From an uncultured Methylomirabilota bacterium (GTDB taxonomy: Bacteria > Methylomirabilota > Methylomirabilia > Methylomirabilales > 2-02-FULL-66-22), in NCBI GenBank assembly GCA_963705305.1, contig OY970067.1, forward strand, positions 1,920,001 to 1,984,000: a stretch of 64,000 bases of DNA. The letters run 5' to 3'. The position numbers and the translations under genes were made by a program. Shown in pieces: positions 38,775-46,957 of this stretch. The notes beneath the pieces were generated by a model. The model had not been told where the DNA came from. It saw only the letters and a program-made list of their open reading frames with translations, and made no database searches. Position 1 is the stretch's first letter, and each line of letters begins with the position of its first letter.

Positions 38775-39812
38775 ATGCCTACTGTCACCGAGGCGCAACT
38801 GAAGGCAGCCGTCAGTCAGGTGCTCACGGGGTATGGCGCAGCCGAGGATGAGGCTCGGCTGGCCGCGGAGAGCATGGTGCAGGCCGAGATGCGGGGAACG
38901 GACACGCACGGGCTGCCCTACCTCAAGCTCTTGATCGAGCGCATCGAGGCCCGGATGGTGGCGGTCCCGACGCAGGTCACCATCGTCCGACAGGACCGAG
39001 CCACGGGCCTCCTCGACGGGGGCAACGGGATCGGGCAGGTGGCCGGATCGAAGGCCATGGAGCTGAGCGCCCAGAAGGCGCGGGAGTTCGGAATCGGCCT
39101 CACCCTCGTCCGCAACACCAACAACATCGGCTTCCTGGCGTTCTATACCCTCCGCGCGGCGGGGCAGGGGCTCGTGGGAGTGGCGATGGGCAACGCCAAC
39201 GCCGCCATCTCTCCCTGGGGGGGTGCCGAGCCGTTTTTCGGTACCAATCCCCTTTCCATCGCGGTGCCCGGCGACGACGAGCCGCTGGTCCTGGATATGT
39301 CCTCGAGCCTGGTGGCGCGGGGCAAGATCCGCAAGGCGCAGCGGCTGGGGGAGAAGATCCCACTGGGATGGGCGCATGACGAGTTCGGCGTGCCGACGGA
39401 GGACCCGGGGGCTGCGCTCAAGGGGACACTCGTGCCCATCGGCGGGCCGAAAGGGTACGGCCTGGCGCTGATGGTGGACGTCCTCGCCGGGATGCTGTCG
39501 GGGGCCGCGTTCGGGCCGGATATCAAGAGCTTCCATCAGCTCATGGGGCCGACCCGTGTCGGGGTGTTGATGCTGGCGATCGATGTGGAGCGGTTTATGC
39601 CCCTGGCCCAATTCCGGGGCCTCCTGAAGGGGTACGTCGGTTCGATCCGCAGCAGCCGGAAGGCGAAAGGTACGTCCCGCATCTATCTCCCCGGGGAGAT
39701 CGAGTCGGAGAAGGAGAAGACGAGCCGGGCGCATGGCATCCGGCTGAGCGACCCCTCCGTCGAGATGTTGAACCAGCTCCTGGAGAAGGCGAAGAGTTCC
39801 CTGCGCTTCTGA
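38775..39812 (+). CDS. Ldh_2 family 2-hydroxyacid dehydrogenase (ComC/AllD-like)
   Basis: G.DTHGL, LDGGNGIG, FGTNPL, LDMSSS.VARGK, GPKGYGLA, PGE. Confidence 0.9.
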   Translation: MPTVTEAQLKAAVSQVLTGYGAAEDEARLAAESMVQAEMRGTDTHGLPYLKLLIERIEARMVAVPTQVTIVRQDRATGLLDGGNGIGQVAGSKAMELSAQKAREFGIGLTLVRNTNNIGFLAFYTLRAAGQGLVGVAMGNANAAISPWGGAEPFFGTNPLSIAVPGDDEPLVLDMSSSLVARGKIRKAQRLGEKIPLGWAHDEFGVPTEDPGAALKGTLVPIGGPKGYGLALMVDVLAGMLSGAAFGPDIKSFHQLMGPTRVGVLMLAIDVERFMPLAQFRGLLKGYVGSIRSSRKAKGTSRIYLPGEIESEKEKTSRAHGIRLSDPSVEMLNQLLEKAKSSLRF

Positions 39813-39873
39813 GCGAGGACTGTCGTCGGTGTTGAGGAAGATGGCCGCCGTGGGGAGGGCGAAGGAGGATAGC

Positions 39874-40620
39874 ATGAACGAGCTGAAGGATCAGGTCGTG
39901 GCCGTGACGGGTTCGGGGAAGGGGCTGGGAAAGGGGATCGCCGAGCGGTGTTATGCCGAAGGGGCCATGGTCGTCACCTGGGATCGGTCCGGCCTGGCGA
40001 AGGGCGTGGCGGATACGCTGGATCCCTCCGGCAAGCGAACGCTCTACGTCCGGGCGGATGTGCGAGAGGAGAACCAAGTGGCGCAGGCCTTCGCCGAGAT
40101 CATGAAGAAGTTCGGGCGGGTGGACGTGCTCGTCAACAACGCTGGCATCTCGCGCCACAAGCCCATCGAAGAGATGAGCGTGGATCTCTTCGAAGAGGTG
40201 ATGAACACGAACACGACGGGCGTCTTTATCTGCTGCAAGGCCGCGACCCCCATCATGAAGAAGCAGGGGCGGGGCAAGATCGTCAACATCGCGTCCCTGG
40301 GAGGGCGCACCGGCCGGCCCGGCGTAGGGGTGAATTACGCGGCCTCCAAGGCCGCCGTGATCGCCATCACACAGACCCTGGCCCGGGAGCTGGGGCCGTC
40401 GGGGATCTACATGAACGCCATCGCCCCCGGTCCGATCCTGACAGAGCAAACCCGCCAATACCCCCCGGAGGTGTTTGCCAAGTGGAATGCCGGCCGGGCA
40501 GTCCAGAAGGACGGCCTGCCCGAGGACGTGGCCGACGCGGTCCTCTTCCTCGCCTCGAATCGGTCGGACTGGGTGACGGGGGTGACGCTGGATCTCAACG
40601 GCGGGATCCTCATCCGGTAG
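39874..40620 (+). CDS. SDR oxidoreductase, paralogue of 24944-25690
   Basis: TGSGKGLG, NNAGISRH, YAASK; AAGGAGG RBS. Confidence 0.9.
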   Translation: MNELKDQVVAVTGSGKGLGKGIAERCYAEGAMVVTWDRSGLAKGVADTLDPSGKRTLYVRADVREENQVAQAFAEIMKKFGRVDVLVNNAGISRHKPIEEMSVDLFEEVMNTNTTGVFICCKAATPIMKKQGRGKIVNIASLGGRTGRPGVGVNYAASKAAVIAITQTLARELGPSGIYMNAIAPGPILTEQTRQYPPEVFAKWNAGRAVQKDGLPEDVADAVLFLASNRSDWVTGVTLDLNGGILIR

Positions 40621-40695
40621 TCGTGAAATCGTGTGGGGCCGGCGCCGATCCTGTCGGCGGCGCCGGCGCGGCACCCTGCAAGAAAAGGAGGCGCG

Positions 40696-41055
40696 ATGTC
40701 CGAGCTGAAAGTCGTCAACATCAAGGATGTCCCTGGAGAGCGGCGGGATCCACCCCGGACGTCATGGATTCTCGTCTCGGAAAAGACCGTTGGCGCGCAA
40801 AATCTGGCGATGGGCGTCAACGAGACCGAGCCGGGGAGCATGGTGCCGGCGCACAAGCACGAGAAGGAAGAGGAGGTCATGTTCTTCCTGCAGGGGACCG
40901 GAAAGTTCGTCACCGAGGACCGGGAGATTCCGATCGGGCCGGGGATCGTGATCTATAACCCGCCGGGGAAGACGCACAAGATCCTGAACACGGGAAGCGA
41001 GGTCCTTCGGTTCGTCTGGATCTACGCGCCCCAGCTGGCAAGCCACCGCAAGTAA
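40696..41055 (+). CDS. Cupin domain protein
   Basis: PAHKHEKEEEVMFFLQG.G and PPG..H cupin metal motifs; AGGAGG RBS. Confidence 0.9.
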   Translation: MSELKVVNIKDVPGERRDPPRTSWILVSEKTVGAQNLAMGVNETEPGSMVPAHKHEKEEEVMFFLQGTGKFVTEDREIPIGPGIVIYNPPGKTHKILNTGSEVLRFVWIYAPQLASHRK

Positions 41056-41078
41056 CGAGGGGCAAAACTCAACCCGAA

Positions 41079-41130
41079 GTTCGTCTGGATCTATGCGCCG
41101 CAGTTGCCGCGGCATCGAGTGCAGACATGA
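41079..41130 (+). repeat. Duplicated 3' end of the cupin gene (remnant)
   Basis: Encodes FVWIYAPQLPRHRVQT* vs FVWIYAPQLASHRK* at 41011-41055, with synonymous differences. Confidence 0.8.
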
Positions 41131-41155
41131 CATCGAGAAGGAGGTAAGGGACGCC

Positions 41156-42121
41156 ATGAGCGACTGGAAATTCCCGCCGGCAGGCGGGCACATGGAAAAG
41201 CCCTCGAAGATCTATTACCAGACGATGACGAAGAAGGACATCGAGGAGCGCCTAAAGGTCAACGACATCCTGCTCATCCCGTTCGGCTCGACCGAGAACC
41301 ACGGCGACGCGCAGCCGTACGGCGAGGACGTGTTCATCGTGACGAGGATGTGCGAGATGATCGCGCAGAAGACCGGATGCACCGTGGCGGAGCCACTCTG
41401 GTACGCCTCGCATCCCTTCGCCCACCTGGGGCAGACGGGGACCGTTCCCATCCCCGACGATCTGACATCGGCGCTCGTGCGCTCGATCGTCTCAGGGTAC
41501 TGGAACGCAGGGTTCCGCAAGCAGATCCTGATGAGCAGCCACGGGCAAGAATACATCATCCCATCGGCCATCCAGGAGTGGGCCAAGAAGTACCAAGTTC
41601 CCGCCGTGATCATTTTCCTGGACGTGATGAAGATCATGGGCGACGCGCTGAAGGACAAGGCCCACGGCGGCCCCTTCGAGACCCCCTTCCGGCACGGTGA
41701 CGAGGCGGAGAACTCCATCTGCCTGGCGCTCTTCCCCGAGTTCGTGCAGATGGAGAACTGCGTCGACACCAAGACGTGGGGCTTCCTGCCCGAGGGGCAT
41801 ATCGACAAGGGCGGCGACATCTACAACTACCCCATTCCCGGCCAGAGCCACGTTGGCGGCAGCGGGGTGGAGTTCGCGGTCTATCCGGAAGGCGTGCTGG
41901 GCAAGCCGTCGCTCGCCAAGGCCGAGAAAGCCTACCAGGCCATCGAGAACTACATGAATTACGTTGTCAAGCTGCACAACGACATCCGGGCGAAATTCCC
42001 TCCGGGGGTGCTGCCGGAGGCAAAGTACATGACCCAGAGGAGCGCGGAGGAGATCGATCTTCTCCTCAAGGGGCCGGACAGGGGCGGCAGGCACCTCTAC
42101 ACGATCGCCTGGCCTGCGTGA
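41156..42121 (+). CDS. iolN: Creatininase-family ring hydrolase closely resembling Thermotoga IolN (3-dehydro-scyllo-inosose hydrolase)
   Basis: YYQTMT, IP.GSTENHG, GED, KTGCTVAEP.WY, GFRKQIL...HGQE, GGP.ETPF.H.DE.E, GFLPEGHIDK, YPEGV.GK match the IolN sequence as recalled. Confidence 0.8.
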   Translation: MSDWKFPPAGGHMEKPSKIYYQTMTKKDIEERLKVNDILLIPFGSTENHGDAQPYGEDVFIVTRMCEMIAQKTGCTVAEPLWYASHPFAHLGQTGTVPIPDDLTSALVRSIVSGYWNAGFRKQILMSSHGQEYIIPSAIQEWAKKYQVPAVIIFLDVMKIMGDALKDKAHGGPFETPFRHGDEAENSICLALFPEFVQMENCVDTKTWGFLPEGHIDKGGDIYNYPIPGQSHVGGSGVEFAVYPEGVLGKPSLAKAEKAYQAIENYMNYVVKLHNDIRAKFPPGVLPEAKYMTQRSAEEIDLLLKGPDRGGRHLYTIAWPA

Positions 42122-42277
42122 TCGGGAGGATTGTGAAAAGGGCAGTCGTCAAGGCAAACCAGAGTCCGGGCTCCTAAGCCGCTCACCCAGCTTGGGAGAG
42201 CCCGTTCCTTGGTTCATCGGCCGCGGGGGAGGCGCCGCTCGACCCTCCCCCGCGGTCTCAACACGCGAGGTCTGGAC

Positions 42278-43309
42278 ATGAAAGCCATTGTGAAAGCGCG
42301 GGAAGATGCGGGGGCCATGGAGGTCCGAGAGCTTCCCGTCCCGGAGCCCGGACCCGGCGAAGTGCTGGTCAAGATGCGGGCCGCAGGGATCTGTTTCAGC
42401 GACGTGATGATCCTGAACAACAAGTACAAGGGACGGGTCCCCGTGCCGATCCCTATGATCATGGGCCACGAGGGCGCGGGAGAGGTGGCCGCGGTCGGCA
42501 AGGGCGTGGAGCATGTCAAGGCCGGTGACAAGGTCGGCCTCAACCCGCTGTGGGGCTGCGGGCAGTGCGTGGATTGTCTGAACGGGCAGCCAAACATGTG
42601 CTCGACGTGGCGCCATCTGGGGATCACCTGCGACGGAACGTTCGCGGAATACCGGGCTGTTCCGGCCTTCACCGCCTGCAAGCTGCCGAAAAGCATCTCG
42701 CCGGTCGATGCCGCCTTCATCGAACCGATCAGCCTGGCGGTCCGTACCTTCGAGCATGTGAAACCGGTGCTCGGCGACACGGTGGCCATCATCGGCCCGG
42801 GATCGATCGGGCTCTTCCATCTGCAAGCCTTCAAGTCGGCGGGTGCTGCCAAGATAATGGTGATCGGCCTGGACCAGGACGCTCAGCGGTTCGAGATCGC
42901 GAAGCAGTTGGGAGCCGACCACATCATCAACGGGAGTAAGGAAGACGTGGTGAAGCGGGTGCGGGAGCTGACCAACGGCCTGGGAGCCGACATTGTTGTC
43001 GAAACCGCGAACCATCCCGCCACCGTCCCGCTGGCCGTCAACCTGGCTGCGGCACGAGGCCGCGTGCATCTGTTCGGTCTCTATCCGGAAGCCGCCATGA
43101 GCCCGCTCACCCTCCTCCGGGCTGGTGTGACCATGTCCGGAGACGTGGCGACCCTTCCGCGGTACTTCCTGCGAGCCATGCGCTGGATCGAGTACAAGAA
43201 GGTCCTGGCCGCGCCCATGGTCACCCGGTCGTTCCGTCTCGATCAGGCGCAAGAGGCCTTCCAGGCCTTCAGCCGGGGGGACAGCGTAAAGGTTCTGTTC
43301 GAGATGTAG
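42278..43309 (+). CDS. Zn-dependent dehydrogenase (MDR; positional analogue of IolM)
   Basis: GICFSD, GHEGAG, CGQCVDC..G..NMC, GPGSIG. Confidence 0.9.
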   Translation: MKAIVKAREDAGAMEVRELPVPEPGPGEVLVKMRAAGICFSDVMILNNKYKGRVPVPIPMIMGHEGAGEVAAVGKGVEHVKAGDKVGLNPLWGCGQCVDCLNGQPNMCSTWRHLGITCDGTFAEYRAVPAFTACKLPKSISPVDAAFIEPISLAVRTFEHVKPVLGDTVAIIGPGSIGLFHLQAFKSAGAAKIMVIGLDQDAQRFEIAKQLGADHIINGSKEDVVKRVRELTNGLGADIVVETANHPATVPLAVNLAAARGRVHLFGLYPEAAMSPLTLLRAGVTMSGDVATLPRYFLRAMRWIEYKKVLAAPMVTRSFRLDQAQEAFQAFSRGDSVKVLFEM

Positions 43310-43335
43310 GCAGCCCGTCACAAGGGGAGATGACC

Positions 43336-43782
43336 ATGAAGAAGATCCTGGTGCTGCATGGGGTCAACCTGAATATGTTCGGGAAGCGCGACCCCACCCA
43401 GTACGGGACAATCACCCTCGAGGAGATCAATCAGCAGCTCAGTGCCCTGGCCAGAGAGCTGGGGGTGGAGCTGGAGACCTTCCAGACGAACTTCGAAGGG
43501 GAGATCTGCGAGAAGATCCACACGGCGCACCTGGACAAGGTCGATGCGGTGATCGTCAACGCCGGCGCCTGGACGCATTACAGCATCGCTCTGCGCGACG
43601 CCCTGGCGATCCTGAAGGTCCCCATCATCGAATGTCACATGTCGAACATCCACGCGCGGGAGGAGTTCCGACACGTCTCCCACGTTTCTCCCCTGGCCAA
43701 GGGCATCATCGCCGGGTTCGGGGTTCAGAGTTATCTCCTGAGCCTTCGGGCCGCGGCAGCGCTGCTGTCAGGACAGGGATAG
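43336..43782 (+). CDS. aroQ: Type II 3-dehydroquinate dehydratase
   Basis: ILVLHG.NLN..GKRDP..YG, FQTN.EG, NAGAWTHYS.ALRDA, ECHMSNIHAREEFRH.S; alternative start 43330. Confidence 0.95.
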   Translation: MKKILVLHGVNLNMFGKRDPTQYGTITLEEINQQLSALARELGVELETFQTNFEGEICEKIHTAHLDKVDAVIVNAGAWTHYSIALRDALAILKVPIIECHMSNIHAREEFRHVSHVSPLAKGIIAGFGVQSYLLSLRAAAALLSGQG

Positions 43783-43829
43783 AAGGGGCGGGGCGCATCG
43801 GCGGACATCGTCAGCGGATGGAGTGCGGG

Positions 43830-44705
43830 ATGACGAAGACCCGATATGCATTTCTTCTGGGACAGCACATTTCCCATTCGCTTTCGCCGGCGATCCACAA
43901 TTCCGCCTATGCCGCGCTGGGGCTGGACTGCGAATTCCGGCTGCTCGACGTGCCCCCGGCCCAGCTCCGGGAGGCCCTGGCGCGCCTGCGACAACCCGAC
44001 TGTTTGGGGGCCATCGTCACCATGCCGTACAAACAGGAGATGCTCGCCGCCGCGGACGAGTGCTCGGATGCGGTCCGCCGCTGCGAGGCCGCCAATCTCA
44101 TAATCAACCGCGACGGGCGCTTTGCGCTCCACAACAACGATGTCGAGGCCATCGCCGCCTGCCTGGGTCGTCGCGCGGCCACGGTGGCCAGGGGGCAGGC
44201 GGTGATCCTGGGGGCGGGCGGCGCGGCGGCCGCCATGCTGGAGGCGCTGCGGCGCGTCCCGCCGACCCGGGTGCTCGTTCTGGCCCGGCGCGTGGAAGCC
44301 GCCACAGCGCTCGCCGGGCGGGCCCGCGACTGGCTCGGGGTGCCCGTCGAGGCGGGCCATCTGGCGGAGGGTGTGCCGGCGATGGCCACGGCGGCGGTCA
44401 TCTTCAATGCCACGCCTCTGGGGATGCGGCCGGGCGACCCCAGTCCCGTGCCGCGGGAAGCGCTGCGGCCCGGCCTGCTGGTCTATGACATCGTGTACCA
44501 GCGCGGGGGGCTCAGCGCGCTGCAGGCTGACGCCCTCGCCGCCGGGGCCCTGGTGTGCGATGGGTTGACCCATATCTTCGAGCAGACGCCCTTCTCCTTC
44601 CAGATGCTGACGGGCCGACCCGCCCCTCGCGAGGTGATGCTGAAAAGCCTCGTGGCGGCGGCGGGCCGAGAGCCGCTGGACTGGGGGGCGGATCGTCCAA
44701 CGTAA
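43830..44705 (+). CDS. Shikimate/quinate dehydrogenase family protein (divergent)
   Basis: HSLSP.IHN, VTMPYK, AAN, HNND, GAGGAA, NATPLGM, YDIVY. Confidence 0.85.
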   Translation: MTKTRYAFLLGQHISHSLSPAIHNSAYAALGLDCEFRLLDVPPAQLREALARLRQPDCLGAIVTMPYKQEMLAAADECSDAVRRCEAANLIINRDGRFALHNNDVEAIAACLGRRAATVARGQAVILGAGGAAAAMLEALRRVPPTRVLVLARRVEAATALAGRARDWLGVPVEAGHLAEGVPAMATAAVIFNATPLGMRPGDPSPVPREALRPGLLVYDIVYQRGGLSALQADALAAGALVCDGLTHIFEQTPFSFQMLTGRPAPREVMLKSLVAAAGREPLDWGADRPT

Positions 44706-44744
44706 ACGCGGCGAAAAGCGAGGCCGCAAAAGGAGGTTCCCCCC

Positions 44745-45071
44745 ATGATATACGAGATGCGTACCTACACCGCGATGCCCGGACGCCTGGCGGATCTGCA
44801 CAAGCGCTTTGCGGAGATCACGCTGGGCTTCTTTCAGAAACACGCCATTCGTGCCGTGGGATTCTGGACCAACGAACTGGGGGGCTCCTCGGATCAGTTG
44901 ATCTACATGCTGGCCTACGACAGCCTGGCCGATCGGGAAAAGAAGTGGGGCGCTTTCCTGGCGGATCCAGAGCGGTCGGCCAAGTTTGCGGAGACGGAGA
45001 AGAACGGCCCGCTGGTCCGGTGCCTCACGGCCCAGATCCTGCGGCCCACTCCGTACTCACCCATGCAGTGA
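44745..45071 (+). CDS. NIPSNAP family protein
   Basis: IYEMRTY...PG, F..H....VGFW, W.AF.ADP, LRPTPYSP. Confidence 0.9.
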   Translation: MIYEMRTYTAMPGRLADLHKRFAEITLGFFQKHAIRAVGFWTNELGGSSDQLIYMLAYDSLADREKKWGAFLADPERSAKFAETEKNGPLVRCLTAQILRPTPYSPMQ

Positions 45072-45114
45072 CGGGCAAGGACACACTGGCGATTCCAGTT
45101 CGAGGAGGTCGGAC

Positions 45115-46845
45115 GTGCGCAACATCGTGAGGGTCAACACCCGGACAGGCGAGATTCGCATCACAGCCGGCTCGGAGGACGAGCTTCGGTGGGGAGGCCG
45201 CTCGTTGATCGCGCACCTGATGCTGCGCGACGTGCGCCCCAGCTGTGATGCGCTGGGGAGAGAGAACAGGCTCATCGTGGCCTCGGGATGGTTGGGTGAC
45301 ACCTCGGTGACCACGGCGGGGCGATGTTCCGTTGGGGGCAAAAGCCCGCTCACGGGCGGTGTCAAGGAGGCCAACGTCGGCGGCGAGCCCGGCAGGAAGC
45401 TGGCGCGGCTCGGTATGCGGGCGCTGATATTGGAGGACGCGCCCGAGACGGCCGAGGCGCGGGTGCTCTGGATCGGAAAAGACAGGTGTGAGCTGCTGCC
45501 CGCGCCGGAGCTGCGGAAGGCGGAAGTGGCGCGGACCTTTCAGCTTCTGCACGAGCGGTTCGGCGAGGATGTCGGTATCTTCTGCATTGGGCCGGCGGGA
45601 GAAATGCGGCTCGGCGGCGCGGCCATCGCCACCACGGACAAGACGGGTGTCCAGGCGCGGTTTGCCGCGCGCGGCGGCTTGGGCGCCGTGATGGGCGCCA
45701 AGGGCATCAAGGCGATCGTCATCGACGATGCGGGCGTGCGGCCGGAGCCGGCCCATGACCCCGCCGCCTTGAATGCGGCCGGCCGGGAGCTATGGCAGAT
45801 CCTGCGGGATGACCCGAAGACCCAGAACCGCCACGACTTCGGGACGCCGGCCGTTCTGTCCATCTGCGACTCCCTCGGCATTCTCCCGACCCGGAACTTC
45901 CGGACCGGCCACTTCGAGGGGTTCGAGGCCATCTCGGGCGAGCGGGTGGCCGACCTGATCGTGGGTCGGGGCGGCGAGGGTGAGCGGGGAGTCCTGTGCG
46001 TTCGCGGCTGCAACATCCAGTGCTCCAACAATTTCCCCGACCCCGGCGGGAAGACGCTGGTGGCCTCGCTGCAGTACGAGAATATCGGCCTGCTGGGCTC
46101 GAATTGCGGCATCGACGATGTGGATGAGGTGGCCAGGATCAACCACCTCTGCAATCAGGTGGGGGTTGATACGATTGAAACCGGGGCGGCCATCGGCGTG
46201 GCCATGGAAGCCGGCGTGATCCCCTTCGGCGACTCGACGGGGGCCAAGGATCTCGTCCAGCAGATCGGACGGGGCACACCGCTCGGCCGGGTGCTGGGAA
46301 GCGGCGTGGTCGTGACCGGGCGCGTGTTCGGGGTCGGCCGCATCCCCGCCGTCAAGGGGCAGGCCATCCCCGCGTACGACCCGCGGTCGCTGAAGGGGAT
46401 CGGGGTCTCGTATGTGACCTCCCCCATGGGGGCGGATCACACCGCGGGCAACGCCCTGGAGATGGCCAAGGCCCTTGACCAGAAGAAAAAGGAAGGGCAG
46501 GTCGAGGCGTCGTTGCGGCTGCAGGTTCGGGCCGCACTCCTCGACAGTCTGGGGGTCTGCCTCTTCATTCGGCCGGCCTTTGTGAAGAACCCCGACCTCC
46601 TTCCGCGGCTGCTCAACGCCCGGTACGGCTGGTCCCTCACCTTTGCCGAGGTGCGGCAGATGGGGATCGAGTGCCTGAAAATGGAGCGGGACTTCAACCG
46701 CCTCGCCGGCGTGCTGGACGAGCTGTGCGACGTACCCGAGTTCATGCGGACCGAGCCGCTGCCGCCCTTCAACACGGTTTTCGATGTGCCTCGCGAGGAG
46801 ATGCAGCGGATCTGGGACGTGCAACTCCCCGAGGGTGTCTTTTAG
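45115..46845 (+). CDS. Aldehyde:ferredoxin oxidoreductase (W/Mo-pterin AOR family)
   Basis: KSPLTGGVKEAN.GG, IGPAGE, AARGGLGAVMG.K..KAIV, C..GC.I.C, YE, G.DTIE.G, KGQ.IP.YDPR, GADHT; GAGGAGG RBS before GTG. Confidence 0.92.
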   Translation: MRNIVRVNTRTGEIRITAGSEDELRWGGRSLIAHLMLRDVRPSCDALGRENRLIVASGWLGDTSVTTAGRCSVGGKSPLTGGVKEANVGGEPGRKLARLGMRALILEDAPETAEARVLWIGKDRCELLPAPELRKAEVARTFQLLHERFGEDVGIFCIGPAGEMRLGGAAIATTDKTGVQARFAARGGLGAVMGAKGIKAIVIDDAGVRPEPAHDPAALNAAGRELWQILRDDPKTQNRHDFGTPAVLSICDSLGILPTRNFRTGHFEGFEAISGERVADLIVGRGGEGERGVLCVRGCNIQCSNNFPDPGGKTLVASLQYENIGLLGSNCGIDDVDEVARINHLCNQVGVDTIETGAAIGVAMEAGVIPFGDSTGAKDLVQQIGRGTPLGRVLGSGVVVTGRVFGVGRIPAVKGQAIPAYDPRSLKGIGVSYVTSPMGADHTAGNALEMAKALDQKKKEGQVEASLRLQVRAALLDSLGVCLFIRPAFVKNPDLLPRLLNARYGWSLTFAEVRQMGIECLKMERDFNRLAGVLDELCDVPEFMRTEPLPPFNTVFDVPREEMQRIWDVQLPEGVF

Positions 46846-46957
46846 CCGGAGCCATCGGCCCGCGGCGGTCTTCGAAGTACGTGGTCCCGTATGCCTTGGA
46901 CCAGCCAGTCGTCGTGGTGGACGCGCTATTGAAGGAGACGTGAATAAGGAGACGTAG

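Noticed and set aside
41156..43309. Plain Thermotoga-type inositol pathway (iolG-M-N-O)
   Set aside because: No IolO epimerase, gluconate kinase or inositol ABC transporter is adjacent, and the immediate neighbours are aroQ and an aroE-like gene. Kept as the main alternative hypothesis rather than the call.
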